Below the pieces are notes generated by a model that had not been told where the DNA came from, did not search any database, and saw only the letters and a program-made list of their open reading frames with translations. 64,000 nucleotides of DNA from Utricularia gibba (Eukaryota; Plantae; Magnoliophyta): contig CM007990.1 in assembly GCA_002189035.1 (NCBI GenBank), positions 5,022,001 to 5,086,000 on the forward strand. The letters run 5' to 3'. The position numbers were made by a program, and so were the translations under genes. The number at the start of each line of letters is the position of its first letter. The first letter of the stretch is position 1. Below, in pieces: positions 35,791 through 48,585 of this stretch.

Positions 35791-38700
35791 TCAGAGTATA
35801 CCGGTGGCAATGCTTGATGTCGCGTGTATTTTTAGTGACTGCTCCGGTACATATTTGATGCCTGCCACAAGACGATAACCCCCATATTTACAGAATGTTG
35901 TCTGAAAAAGTCCCTTGTTCATAGAAAGCATACGTGAGGATTAAAACCAATGGATGATCCATTAACTTACCTTTTTCCTTGACCTCTATTTGTAGAGAAT
36001 CGAGCGTGATTATGCCATCAGTCAGCGGAAGTACTTCAAGCTTGATCGCAGCTGTAGATTGAGGGGGTACGCGACTGGTGGGAAAAGGGTAAATTTAAGC
36101 AGCCCGATATACATAAAAACAGGGGGGTGGGGTGGGTATGATAAGAAAAACACGTACCCTAGCGGAACACTGCTCTGTAACCACAAATGTGTGCAGCCAG
36201 TATCACCATTTGGAACCACATCAGAATCAGAGGCTGTTTGTTCACCAATGAAAAATGGTGAGAGGCCGTTTTCCACAGCCTTTTGTTCCCGAAATACCAT
36301 GTTCGACATTTGGGAAACAATTCTTTTCCTCTGGCTCCCGAATCTATTGGACGGCTCCATGGTGGTATGAAATGGATAAGAAGGTGAGCATGGTGCACTC
36401 AAAGGAACAACAGAAGGGGAGGTCAGTGAAGCAGGTGCGAGGACTGTCAAAGTGAGATTTTCAGAAGTCTTATTCGATGCTTGAAGTGTTAAAACCTGAC
36501 AATTTTGAACCAATGAGCCTGAAGGCACTTTCTGCTAAATAAGGGATGATTAATGGAATAATGGGAACTAAACCTGAAAAGGAAGTGGACCTCTGTTTGG
36601 CTCTTGAGTCAGCTCATACTTATCAGATGCTACGGAAATCATAAGGTCCCGAGAAATGCGAGGACGCCAACTTATTGGATGCTTGAAGATCAACTTTGAT
36701 TCTACAGACAATGATTCCATATAAAAAAGACCTGTAAGATTACTGTTACTAACAAACTATTGCAGAAGTATATGAATCCCAACTGTATACCAGTATAATT
36801 AGATCGGCATGATACCATGACTGCATACTGATTAGTGGGGTATCCACTCTCATTTGCTTCAGTGTTCAAGTTGGGCCATTGTGACCCAGCAGCACTAGTC
36901 AGGCGGCTACAGCTTTGTAACATCGGCTGCGTGAGGAATGTGGACGCTGGTTTGAGGATAAAAGAATGCTCTTCACCTCTCCTGGAAATTGTAGACAAAT
37001 TCAATAACAGCATTGAACAAGAGAACTTGGTTTGCCATGAAAAACCCAAAATATTGCACAATGTACTGCGAATGTAATTAAACTAGCATTTCCCAGCGAT
37101 GATTCTAGTCAACTAAGGAACACTTTAATCAAAAGCCTTCACCTATCAAATTAGCAAAACTTGTTGTACCAATATAAAGAATTCACAGTACCTCAATGAT
37201 AAATTTGGTAAAGAGTAGTTGTTCCCAGGTTCAATACAAGAAAATTGTTTTGATAATGGTTGTCCACCTCTGGATGCCTCTTCTAAAACTAATGTAACAG
37301 CATCTATAAAAACTACGATATCTGGTCCTTCTGTGGGGGAAATATTCTGGAAAAGAGAAGTCAATGTGATGTATTTTTTATCACAAACTGGAGCATCAAA
37401 CTAGAACTTCTGATCTACCAAAAGAGGTTTCTGGTGCTTCACACGAGAGACAAGTACAGAGCATACCTTTACAAGGATGCAAATGAGATCCTCAGTATTG
37501 CAATCTACAGAAAAAGAATCAATGTGTAGAGGTTGGATTACTTCTATTTTTCTCCTCCACCTGCGCCCAGGCCGGAATATGCCTTCTAAACCACATTGAA
37601 CAGAATAACGCTCTGGCTCCAACGGCACTCCTCTGAAAGATAACAGTTCACCTTTGGCACTTTTACTGCTTCCCGAAAACTTCTCAGGAACTAACGGATT
37701 CCAATCTTCTGGATCACTAACGAATGTCTCGTTTGGTGATATGTAACCATACAGAGGGGAAGTATTTGGGGGCAATGAAGACATTGAGGAACTTCTTGAA
37801 TGGCCAGATAAAGAAACCTTGGAGTTACCAGAGCCAGAAACTGCAAATCTAGCGGACCTACTCCAATTACTTGAACCAGGATTCAGCAGAGGACTTCCTG
37901 AAGATGTATAATTATCCAAAGGAAGCAACCATTTTAACAATTGACCACAATTATCGTGCTTCGTATCCCGGTACTCAAGTGTCTCCTTAATAGGTTTGTG
38001 CTTCTCAAATTGAAGAATCTCAAGGATAGGATCCTTAACAAACTGAACACCAACATTTGCTTGTAAAAGCACCTGCATTCTTCCAACAACAAAACTGAAA
38101 TTATCAAAGAAATTCTAAACCTGGAAAACCCAATCCTGAAAGTCATTTTCTCAGATAAAACAAGGAAAATGAGGCAGACGCATCTTAAGAGAAGTTTCAA
38201 GATGGGTGTAAGTTCAGTTTTTCGTTGTTAGAGCATCAATTTTCACTCATCAACTTTCACTTTACAAAGTGAAGCAAAAGCAAAGGATGAAGTTACATGG
38301 GAGTATGAAAATGATGATGTGAACACACAGAATAGAAAACAAAGCCTCACTAAAAATGCCATTAAAAAAACGTTTTATAGAAGATCCTGCAACTTTTTGA
38401 GAAAGCACAAATGCACTCATAATATCATATACTAAATTCAACCGTGGGCAGGAAACAAAATATAACATACATATATTTAGTGAAATATTAGAGGAACGGA
38501 CCACTAGATCTCCATTTGGAAGAGAACAGCACTTGACAGCACCCCTTGCTAATCCTCCACTTGTGCTAGCATCAACCTTTCCTCTCTCATTCATAACACT
38601 TGCATAAGTATTCTTTTTTGGCGTAACTGCACCTTCTACAGAATTTTCTGTCACATGTTCCTCAGAGGCTCTTTGCGCCTCTCTCTTAGACCAAAGACAC

Positions 38701-39645
38701 TCATCTGATCCAGCAACTCGAACAAAATAATATGAATTTTCAAACCTGTGTAGCAATTCTTCAGTTCTTTGTTTTTCATTCTCCTTCCTTAGAAGAAACT
38801 CACCGGTTGGGACATCTATGGAAGAATTAATGTTTCCTTTCCTGAAGTTGTCAGCATGCTGAATATTGCAGTCACCAGAACTTTTGCTTTGAGAAACTGA
38901 ATTTGTTTCTTCTATAAGGCTTCCATTTTGTATTTCAGGGCTTTTTCCAACCCCATTCTTATTCATGACAGCAGCGAATTTAAATGGAGTGATTATTTCT
39001 TCGTCTTGCTTATATGCAGAGAGACATGCAAGAATTTGGATTTGTTCACCTGCAATATGAAACTATGCAACTGTCTAAGAAACCAGAAGTATCATAACAG
39101 AAATTATATGACTAGAGGCAGCCAAATTATCATTAAGATAACACATGCGGAATGAAGAAGCAGGTACCCGGAAAAATAAAGCTTCGATCAAGAGGTAATA
39201 AGGATTGCATATCAGGTGCCTCAGTCCAAGTGTCAGGGATTTTCTCTGACAATTCATTTAACAGAAGAAGAATTGTATTAAGAAATTATCAAGTGAAAGG
39301 AATTACAAACATTTTGACAGAAAGAAGAAAACCCCATCAACAAGAGAAAGCCATACCGGACGGTATTATAATGAAGCCTGAATCTTCCTTAACATCTATA
39401 TGACCATGAACCTGCGAATTGTGTTCTCCGTTTGAATGAGCAGTGTTTCCATTCTCATTCCTATTCCCATCAATCTCTGCATCTTGAGTATCGAAACTCA
39501 CATTTTCAAGAAACGGATCATCCCCGATCAGACCCTCCAGTGCGTTACCAACTCTCGCCACGTAAACATCCTCCTGATGAGGCTCCTTAACGGGTTGCGG
39601 CAGCGGAGCCCCAGACCGAGTGTTAGACCGCATCAACAGATTCAT
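35791..39645 (-). CDS. TRAPP-interacting plant protein (TRIPP / At3g17900-like)
   Basis: N-terminus MNLLMRS..LEGLIGDDPF. Internal motifs ARGAVKCCSLPNGDLV, DPILEILQFEK, GQLLKWLLPLDN, GRRWRRKIEVIQP, CTHLWLQSSVPLG, IKLEVLPLTDGIITLDSLQI. Ends ATSSIATGIL* (stop 35791-35793). Family recognised from memory. Confidence 0.82.
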
Positions 39646-40046
39646 TTCGAAACCTAAATCCCACCCACAGCAATCAAACGAAAAAGAGAATCAAGTATCC
39701 ATCCAACAATGAAGCAAAAAAGGGAAAGACTTCCAATCCCAAATCCTCACAACTTCCCCAATTAAAGCACGAATCACACATACGCGTCGAATATAACAGC
39801 AAATGCCAGCAGCCAGGAATCCATTTCACTGTACCTTAATGGAAATGCTTAGTTCGCCGGAGCAGCAAAACAAGAGTCAACTTAGTCTCCGGCGGCGGCA
39901 ACGGAAAGAACAGCCACGGTTTCTACATCTACCTGACAAGTCCTGCATAATAACCTTCCAAACTTGACCCTACGAACTAACTGAAATGATTAAGCGTTAA
40001 TTAAATGATAGAAAAACAAGGCTCCCTCGACGTTTTACCCATTACA

Positions 40047-40560
40047 TTTGCATTTTACCCTATTTTCAATTTTTCTTTGAAAAATACCTTATATTAAGAT
40101 TTAATTTATAAATTAAATTATAAAAATAAAAATACATAAAACTTAATTTTTATTCAAATCATAATACTAAATCTGAAATTAAAAAATATCATAATATAAA
40201 CCCTAAAATCTAAACTTAAAATCTAAAACTTAAATTTCAAATCTTAAACCCGTAAATCTTAAATCACAAAACTAAATATCAAATTCTAAAATCTAAACCT
40301 TCAACTCTAAAATTTAAATCTGAAACCAAAAAAATTAAATCCCAATTAAAATCTTAAACCCTAAATCAGTAATCTTAAAAAATTATGAAATCTTAAACCT
40401 TAAACTCTAAATCAGTAATCATAAAATTATGAAAACTTAATATATAATATTTCTAAATTATAAATACTAAATATTAAACTTTAAAATTGAACCCCTAAAT
40501 TAGAAATCCAAAAAAAACATTCAAAAACAAAAAAAAGCATAAAATAGGGTAAAACACAAA
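40047..40560. repeat. AT-rich element with inverted ends and an internal degenerate (CCCTAAA)-like 7-mer array
   Basis: TTTTACCCTATTTT (40053-40066) is the exact reverse complement of AAAATAGGGTAAAA (40541-40554); extends to 20 bp with 2 mismatches. Interior shows ~7-nt periodicity with CCCTAAA at about 40201, 40359 and 40493. Confidence 0.55.
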
Positions 40561-40941
40561 GAACAACTTATTTTTTTGGTAATTTACAAATCTTTGCTAT
40601 AACTAGGGTAAATGGCAAATAAAATAAAAAAGTTCAGGTATTTAACTCATTTCCCCAGAAAAACAAGGGCAAATTAATTCTTCTTTTTATGTTTTAAAAA
40701 ATACATCTTTTTACCATTTTATACAACATGCCAATTAAGTTATTATAATAATTTCAATTTTAAAATATTAAAAACTCCTTTTGTGTACCTCTTTGTTTTT
40801 TTCTTTATTAAAAAAAATATCTTTCCATTATCAAAATGTAATCTTCAATTGATAGAAATTGATGATATCATATGACTCATAGACACATATTAACAAAAAA
40901 TTGAATAATCATTTATGAATTGATATTTTTCAATTTGCAAC

Positions 40942-41256
40942 CAGTGTTTTTAAAAATGAGTTAAAATTATTTCATGTGTTTTATTGTGGTTATGTTCTCT
41001 AAACATAATTTACTGAATTAATTATATTTAATTTTTAATCATTATTTAGTAAAATAAAAAAATAATTACAAAATTATAATATTTAACATATTAAAATTTA
41101 TAATATATAATCTTAAAATTGATTATATTTTACATAACTCGAATCACAGATTAAATATGAATTGACTTAAATCATTTATATAATGAATTTAATTTATTTA
41201 AATAAATTTAGTTATATTTTAAAATTAAATTCAACCCATTTTTAAAACAACATTTG
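40942..41256. mobile_element. MITE-like non-autonomous element with degenerate TIRs
   Basis: Left end CAGTGTTTTTAAAAATGAGTTAAAATT versus reverse complement of the right end CAAATGTTGTTTTAAAAATGGGTTGAATTT. Interior is extremely AT-rich with no ORF. No TSD found. Confidence 0.5.
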
Positions 41257-41545
41257 ATACAGATATTAGATTTGATAGAAACTTGTATAGTTATATTGTT
41301 TTCATATGAGTTGTAATGGACATGACAACATAGCCTTTCATATCAGTTCCATTTTCTTCCTTGCGTGGCTTCTCTCTCTCCCAAATTCGTCCGCTCCTCT
41401 GTTTCTGACTTCGTCCTACTGCTGGAGAGTGAACGGGTCTGAATCGTGGAAGAAGCCATGGCATTCCCATTGACCAATACAACGATATGAACTCCCCGAT
41501 CATTTAAAGTAGCAGCCTTTCTCGCTTCCCTTTTCTGCAAAAGCC

Positions 41546-42309
41546 ATGGGAGGTGAAGAAAGACAACAACTACGTTGCGTAGCAGAAGATGTTTCGGTGA
41601 AGAGGGAGGGGATTTCCCTCTCTTCCGGGCTTCTGGATGCTATCTGCTTCAATCCTCAGAGGGCTGCTGAAATGGAGGATGATGGCGAAAAACTGTGTGT
41701 CTCCATTCCCCCGGAGAAGAAACGGCGGTTGAGAGCAGAGCAAGTTGAGTTTCTTGAGAGAAGCTTTGAGGCGGAGAGTAGGCTGGAGCCACAGAGAAAA
41801 GCTCTGCTTGCTAAGGAGGCCGGGTTGCAGGAGAGGCAGGTTGCTATTTGGTTCCAAAACAGACGCGCGAGGTGCAAGAGTAAGCTTCTAGAGAGGGATT
41901 ACGCTTCTCTGAAACTGAGTTTCCAGAAGCTGAAAGCAGATTATGATGCAATCGTTAAAGAGAATGAAGAAATGAGAAATGAGGTACAGAACAGCTCTCT
42001 GCTCTTTCTTTCACTGTTTCTTATTTGTTGAAACTTCTTGTTTGTTCTGTTAAGATCATTCTTCTATCGGAGAAGAGGAATGAAAAAGGGGAGAAGCTCA
42101 AGAACGAGCCATCTGATGAAGGGGAACCCAATGCCGATTCTTTGGATTCTGATTTCACACAAGATCTAGAACATGATGACAGAAACAAGCACAGCCCAAA
42201 ACTTATGTTCGAATGGGATGAAGATGTGCAGCCTCCTCTAATCTGGGATTCCCAGTTCATGATCAGAGGTCATGGTTCTGAAAGTACCACCCATGGGTTG
42301 AGATTCTGA
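41546..42309 (+). CDS. HD-Zip class I transcription factor
   Basis: [47 protein letters not shown] followed by a leucine zipper. 71-nt intron 41984-42054; acidic C-terminal exon. Confidence 0.9.
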
Positions 42310-42902
42310 AAAGAACAGTAACTGAAGAAGATCATCAGTAACAGCAGCTGGTTTTCATGAATCTGGGGGACCATCAGCAAGCAAGCAAGAAGAAGAAGAT
42401 CTGATGTTATGTCGATATGCTGTTGTTTTTTCTCCTTGTGAAGTGAAAAGGAATCCACCCTACATGAGATTGGGAGGGACTGACAGGACAGGATGCCCAC
42501 AAAAGTCAAGCTTTCGGAAGGCTTCTTCAATGCCACTTTCTTCGTTAGTACAACTGACTTTTGCGCACCATTGTTCACAAATTGGAAAATGACTTTTTTG
42601 AAATATTACAACAAATAAAATAATTATTTAAATTCAATATTTCTAAATTTTAAAAAATTATATGTTCGATTAAAACCAAGTCTGATCCTTCCATTCAATT
42701 CCCAAATTTTAAAAATAATGACCACGACTCAACAACAATAGTAATAAACAAAGAATGCAATGATATCCATTTAGAAAAAAAGGGCCACTATACAAGAATC
42801 AATCCCCTAAAAATTTAGTTCACAACTACAAAGGGGTAGGCAAGCATCTCAGTGCATGCATTCATCAGCTGTTAAACTGCAGAGTTAAACCAACCTGTGT
42901 GA

Positions 42903-45297
42903 TCATGTTACGACAAGAAGATTATTCTCGTGTCCACTGCCGTTGGCAGTCGGACGAAGAGGGTCAGTTCTCCAGACCCCATCGACAATGAACTTGATCT
43001 GCAAAGAAATGAGGGGAATCACTGGTGGATTAGTAGTGGGTCAGGGCTGTTTTTAATTCTGTAAGCATGACTGAAGGTAATAGGATTACCTCGTATCTAC
43101 CAGGGTACAGCTTTAGATACAAAGAAAAGTAACCCGCTTCTGATTTATTCATCTTTCTCTGCAAATCAGAGAAGTGAAGCAGTGAGGCTAGCTAAAAACT
43201 TGTTAAGGATCGTGCAAACAAGGAGAAGATGCAACTGTGGATTACGGGGCTGGTGGAAAGAAGGTACTGAAAAGAAATTGATGTTGAAAGAAGGCCAACC
43301 TTGGTTGTCCATCCATCAAAAGAGCCTACCAAGAGAACTTCTGAAGCTTTTTCAGTCCATACTACAGATGTAGTACGAAGAAGTTTCAATGCCCTGTGTG
43401 CATCATCTATACGTTTCTGCTTCGATTCTACTTGCCTTCGTGATTCACTGTAAGCATAGCGCCCATGAGAAATCTAAGTGGCTGGCTGCTGTCACAAAAT
43501 CAACGATTACAAATAGTGGAAACGCACATGATTGCTAATGCCATCTTTCCCTGTAACACGGCTATTTTGGCTCTCAAAGATCTCAAACTCTCCTGAGCAG
43601 TCATGAATTCATTCTCTTTGAATTCCCATACATCATAAAGTGTCTCCGCATTGTTAACACGTTCACCTTCCTGGTAAAAAAGGAGAAAGAATAAGATGAG
43701 TCTATTGGCACGTCCAAGAAAATATGCAAATTTACGACATGATGCTCGGCACCTGTTTTGAAAGGTGCTGCACTCTTTTAGATCTCAAGGAATTAAGGAT
43801 TGCCTTGAGCTCAAATTCGAGATCTTGAAGCCGAACTTGAATCTGATGGTTATCCATATCAGTATCTTTATTGGTTGACGTAGTTAAGGCACGAAGAGCA
43901 TTTTCTGGTTGATCTTTCAGGTAACTTATTTCCGCAGCTGCGATATAAGGCATATTGTGACATAGAATAACATGGCAATTAACCCTTATCATTAAACGCC
44001 AGCTAGGAGATAACTACCTTCAAATTTCTGCAGATCCGCCTTTCGACTAATCCAAGATCGCCAGCTTTCTGGTTCAGTGCCACTCAAGTCACCAGAGACA
44101 CTCGGTTTTCCATTCAGACATGTTCCATCTTCTCCAACATTAGCTGGCTTTTCACAAAATGAGAAGCAGCCCATCCCAAGCTTTAGAAAGCAATATGAAG
44201 GCATTGACGAAATCATTTCACTATATAGCTAATAGCCAAATTAGTTAATTATGTGTGTTCCTCGGGGGAAAAAAATTACATTAGTACACACATGAAAAAT
44301 CTTACCAAAATCAGTTGACACATGTGTCTTTCTTCCGTTTCCACAAAGCTCCATGTTTGCACGATCCTCATTATCATTTTTCTCCATATAGATCTCAAGA
44401 GCTCTATTCCGCTGCTTCTCCAGTCTGCCTAATATGCCTTGTACCCCAGACTCTTTATCAGCACCAATCTCTCTAATGGTCAACAAGCGAATTTCATTAA
44501 AAGCATCCCAGAAGATAAGCGGCACCAAACCATAGTTAAGGTCAAGAGTTAATATGCTAACTGGAAGACAAGCAGAATTCAGGAAGGTCAAATCTCTTAA
44601 TTATCTACGGGAAATGCTTCAAATTGGCATTTCAAGTGATATACAGCAAAAACAATATAAACGATAAACTAGCATAAGATTGTTGTCGCAAATAAATAAC
44701 AAAAGTGAAATATCCAGAAGCCTCACAATGATTTCTCGAACATCTCCAGAGGAGATAAATGCGACGAACTCATGAACCCAGAATAAGAAGTTTCTTCAGA
44801 AAAGAGTATATCTTCATCTTCCCTACCAAATCCATTATCTTCTCCAAGACTTAACCGAGATTTGCTAATATCATGAACTACAGCTTCATTGGATTCGCAA
44901 GCAGCATCTGCTTCACCCCAGCCGAAAGCCAGCCACCCACCTCTCTTCCTTATAGCATCCGCCAAATCCGCTCTCCCCCTTTTCTTAACTCTTCCTCCGT
45001 GGGAAACATCGACGGTTTTTCAGATTTTTCCATGAAACCCAAAATCTCCAACTCTATTCGGTCGTCCCAGTCACTCAGCCTACTCCAGCAACGCCAACGC
45101 TTATCAAGTCCCACCTGCATCGGCAACCTCGTGACTTCATCAAAGCCAAGAAACCGCGTTACAGAGCTCTCGCACGTCCTGGCCCTTTTCTTTGGAAGAA
45201 ACGCGACACAAAGAGCGACTCCGCGATGCCAACTCGGAGCCGAGATATTGTTCGAGGAATTCGTAATACTGAACGGGCTACTGATTAGCGATAGCAT
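42903..45297 (-). CDS. PTST2: PROTEIN TARGETING TO STARCH 2 / FLO6-like (coiled coil + CBM48), with one frameshift in exon 1
   Basis: Transit peptide then IELEILGFMEKSEKPSMFPTEEEL, frameshift, ADLADAIRKRGGWLAFGW. Later GILGRLEKQRN, WEFKENEFMTAQESLRSLRAKIAVLQGKMALAI and CBM48 EVLLVGSFDGWTTK|..LKLYPGRYE|IKFIVDGVWRTDPLRP..GHENNLLVVT*. Confidence 0.87.
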
Positions 45298-45461
45298 CGT
45301 TGGGGCATTTCGGCGAGCACCTTGCTCTCTCTTTCTCCCTCGGGACTAGCGACGGCGAATCAGAGTGATGAAAAGTGAAAACTGACGAATGAAGCAACGG
45401 ATACTCGTTGCTGGAACTTCGAGCCATCCACCTGGCTTCATTAACTGCTTTGAAATCGTTT

Positions 45462-45522
45462 TGGGCCTCATTAGCCCAATGGTCTTTGGGCTTCATGCTG
45501 GTCGCTGCCAGATAACGGCCCA
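45462..45522. promoter_or_regulatory. Site II cluster upstream of PTST2
   Basis: Four TGGGCY/RGCCCA motifs in 60 bp, 165-225 bp upstream of the ATG. Confidence 0.55.
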
Positions 45523-46217
45523 TTTTGTCAAGCATCACCAACTGTTCGTTTTTCACTGCTTTTTTTAGTTTTCCAAGTCAACTTGGACCGCAGATGCTGC
45601 TGCTCTTTTCAGCTTTTCTCTCAGAGCTCTTTTCAGCAACTGCATTTTGAAATTAAAAATGATGAATCTCAAATATACAAACACATTATAAAAAATTAAA
45701 TTTAATTAATTATTAATGATGAATCTTATATACTTGATTATTTCATTTTTAGAATTGTTTGTCTAACACTGCACGCAAGGATCAGATGAAAACCAAAGGC
45801 ATATTGCCTTTGATGCAAGTTACTCCAATGCATCGAATATGGCCACTGTGCGTTGTCTCTGATTCCATGTGCTTCATTCGTTCATTCCCTCCACACCTTT
45901 CCGTCATTGCTTTTTCTTCTCCTGGCCTCCTTTTCTTTGCTTGTGCTGATCATGCATGTCGCCCAGATACTTCATTGTGGCCAACTAGCCGTGCCGTAAT
46001 GTGCTGTCTAGCCCATTGTCGAGAAATCATTGTCTTGAGAGTTGAGAGCAAAGTAAAATCTCTCCATTTTCCCATTTGACACCTCCTGATTCTATTCTCT
46101 GGGGAAAGATGCTGAAATGTGGGTACTATAAAGAGGGCTGCCAGCCTCATAGATGAAGAGGTAAGCATCCACAGGGACAGGAGCGAAGAGGAAAGTAGTT
46201 ATCTTGCAAAGGGAAAA

Positions 46218-46773
46218 ATGGGAGCCAATGCTTCTTCAGGTGTTTATAGTAGGAACGAAGTAATCACAAAATATACTGTGCCAGCAGCCAGTAAAGGTCA
46301 AGTCATTTCATTTCATTCTTCATCAAAGTGGAAGAATCATTTTGAGACCTCCAAGCAGACTTCAAAACTTGTAAGTAGATCTATCTATCATTTTTCACTG
46401 CATTCTGAAAACGTATGGGCTTTCTTATGATTGTCTCTTTGTTACAGAGTGTGGTCTACTTCACTGCTACTTGGTGCGGGCCATGTAAGCTCATTGAGCC
46501 GGCTGTTACGGCATTTGCAGAAAAGTATGCAGATGTTGATTTCATCAAGATTGATGTGGATGAGCTGATGGTAAGCTGCTTATTTCCAACCATAACTATT
46601 TTATGTCTTTTGTTCAGTATAAAGCAAAAGCAATATGACAGAGAGTAGCGGAGGAGTTTGCAGTGCAGACAATGCCTACATTCATACTGCTGAAGAGAGG
46701 AAAGCAAGTTGACAAAGTTGTTGGGGTGAAAAAGGAAGATCTTCAGAGGAAGATAGAGAGACACAGGCTCTGA
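46218..46773 (+). CDS. Thioredoxin h (subgroup II-like, N-terminal extension with Gly2)
   Basis: Exons 46218-46370, 46448-46570 and 46642-46773. Active site FTATWCGPC, plus FIKIDVDEL and MPTF motifs. The MGANASS start suggests myristoylation. Confidence 0.93.
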
Positions 46774-47232
46774 AGATCTCTTGGTTTTGCTGTGTGGAAT
46801 CTGGAGTTCTTGTTGCACAACCTTGTTTCTGATTGCCTGTTTGTTGAAGACTGAAGCACCTCCCATGGCGCATCCATATCCTTGTATGAGACTTCATTAT
46901 GCATACCTCAAGATTTCGAACTTAAAATCTACTCTAAGCCGACCACAATGGCAATAAAACAAGCTGGATGCATCAAGAAACATATACTTTCATTCAACAA
47001 TCTAATACAGGATAAGTATCATCATGCATCTGGAAGATACTTTTGGTTCAGAGCTTATGTTGCATCAGTACTGGAGCTAAACATTTCCAACTGTTGAAAT
47101 TAAAAAGGGCAGACAGGAGGACATTTTCTCCTACTTATGCACAACAAGCTTCCTGGTTTGCACAGGCTTATATACACTTGGTCTAGAGTTAAAAAAGGCA
47201 AATTTGGCAGTCATTTCATTGATCTTGTCTCT

Positions 47233-48585
47233 TCAATGGTTTGTCCTGCCCAAGATCCGTCTCAGTTCTGATTTCTGTTCTGCAGTGAGCCTTGAAGGGA
47301 ACTTGACCTCAAATTTGATCCTCAAATTCCCATTTTTTCCAGGCTCCTTTGATATTGGCATTCCTTCATTTTCAACCACCATTTCCTGACCAGGTTTGAC
47401 GGTTTCCGATAGAGAAACAACAACATCTCTTCCATCGAGGGAGGTTATGTGCAGATTCTTTCCCGTAAGAGCATCCAGCAGAGAAATTTTTTGATGAATT
47501 ATCAGATCATTACCACTCCTCCGAAAAATGGAATGTGGCTTCTCATCAACTACAAAGATGAGATCTCCAGGAGCAACACCCGGTTCATGGTTACCTTTCT
47601 CAGGAAAGGTGATCTTGGTGCCCTTCTTCCAACCAGGCTTTATGCTTATAGCTAGCACCTCTTCAACCATCACTGGTTTACTGCAAATAATGAAAGGCAG
47701 AACGTTCAACTTGCAGGCTCCAATAGAAATCATGCAAACAAATCAAATTTCAATCTTTGTAATCTTCACTGCAGTGGTTATGGAATTCATCATCTATCAG
47801 AACGAGCAAGGTTTTGATTTATAGCTACAGATGCAACCTCGCCATTGCTGCGCAAGTAAAGAGGAGAAAAAAGAAACTACAAAAAGAAGAACAAGCGCGA
47901 GAAGTCAAAGTCAAATCATGATGACGAAGGTTCAAAACCAGGGAAGGCAACTCCCCCAAATCACATCTCATTTGACCGATAGCCAATTCAGGAATCAAAA
48001 GGTAGTCAACTAATTGGACAAGTGATGCAACGCACACGAATTCCCAGATCGAGAGAATTAAAGAATTCAATGCACACTCAGGCGTACTTACCCTGCATCA
48101 TCGAGTACAACTCTGGAAATCTTCATCTTCCTTTTCGATCCCTTGTACAGTTCCTCCAAGGTGCACGTCAATTTGGTCTCCACGTCGGCCGCCTTATCTA
48201 ATTTCCGACCACCTCCGGCAGTTTTCTCTTCCCCGAGATGAACCCCACCAAAAAATTCCTCGAAAATATCCTCAGCGTTCCTGGGACTATACTTGAACCC
48301 CCTTCCAGACCCTATATCCCTGCCATTGGCACTCGGCGGCGGACACCAACCAGACCCAGACTTCAAGCCTTCCTCGCCACACAAATCATAGATCTGCCTC
48401 CTCTGTGGATCACTCAACACATCATACGCCTCACTAATCTGCTTGAACTTAGCCTCCGCTTCCCCCGGATTCATGGCATTCTTATCCGGGTGCCATTTCA
48501 TCGCCAATCTCTTGTACGATTTCTTCAGATCCTCCTCCGTGGCGGACCTCGAAACTCTCAACACGTTGTAATAATCAACTCCCAT
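47233..48585 (-). CDS. Class II (DnaJ-B) Hsp40 co-chaperone
   Basis: Exons 48585-48092 and 47680-47233. J domain with HPD (KWHPDKN), a short G/F region, and a C-terminal domain [39 protein letters not shown]. Confidence 0.95.
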
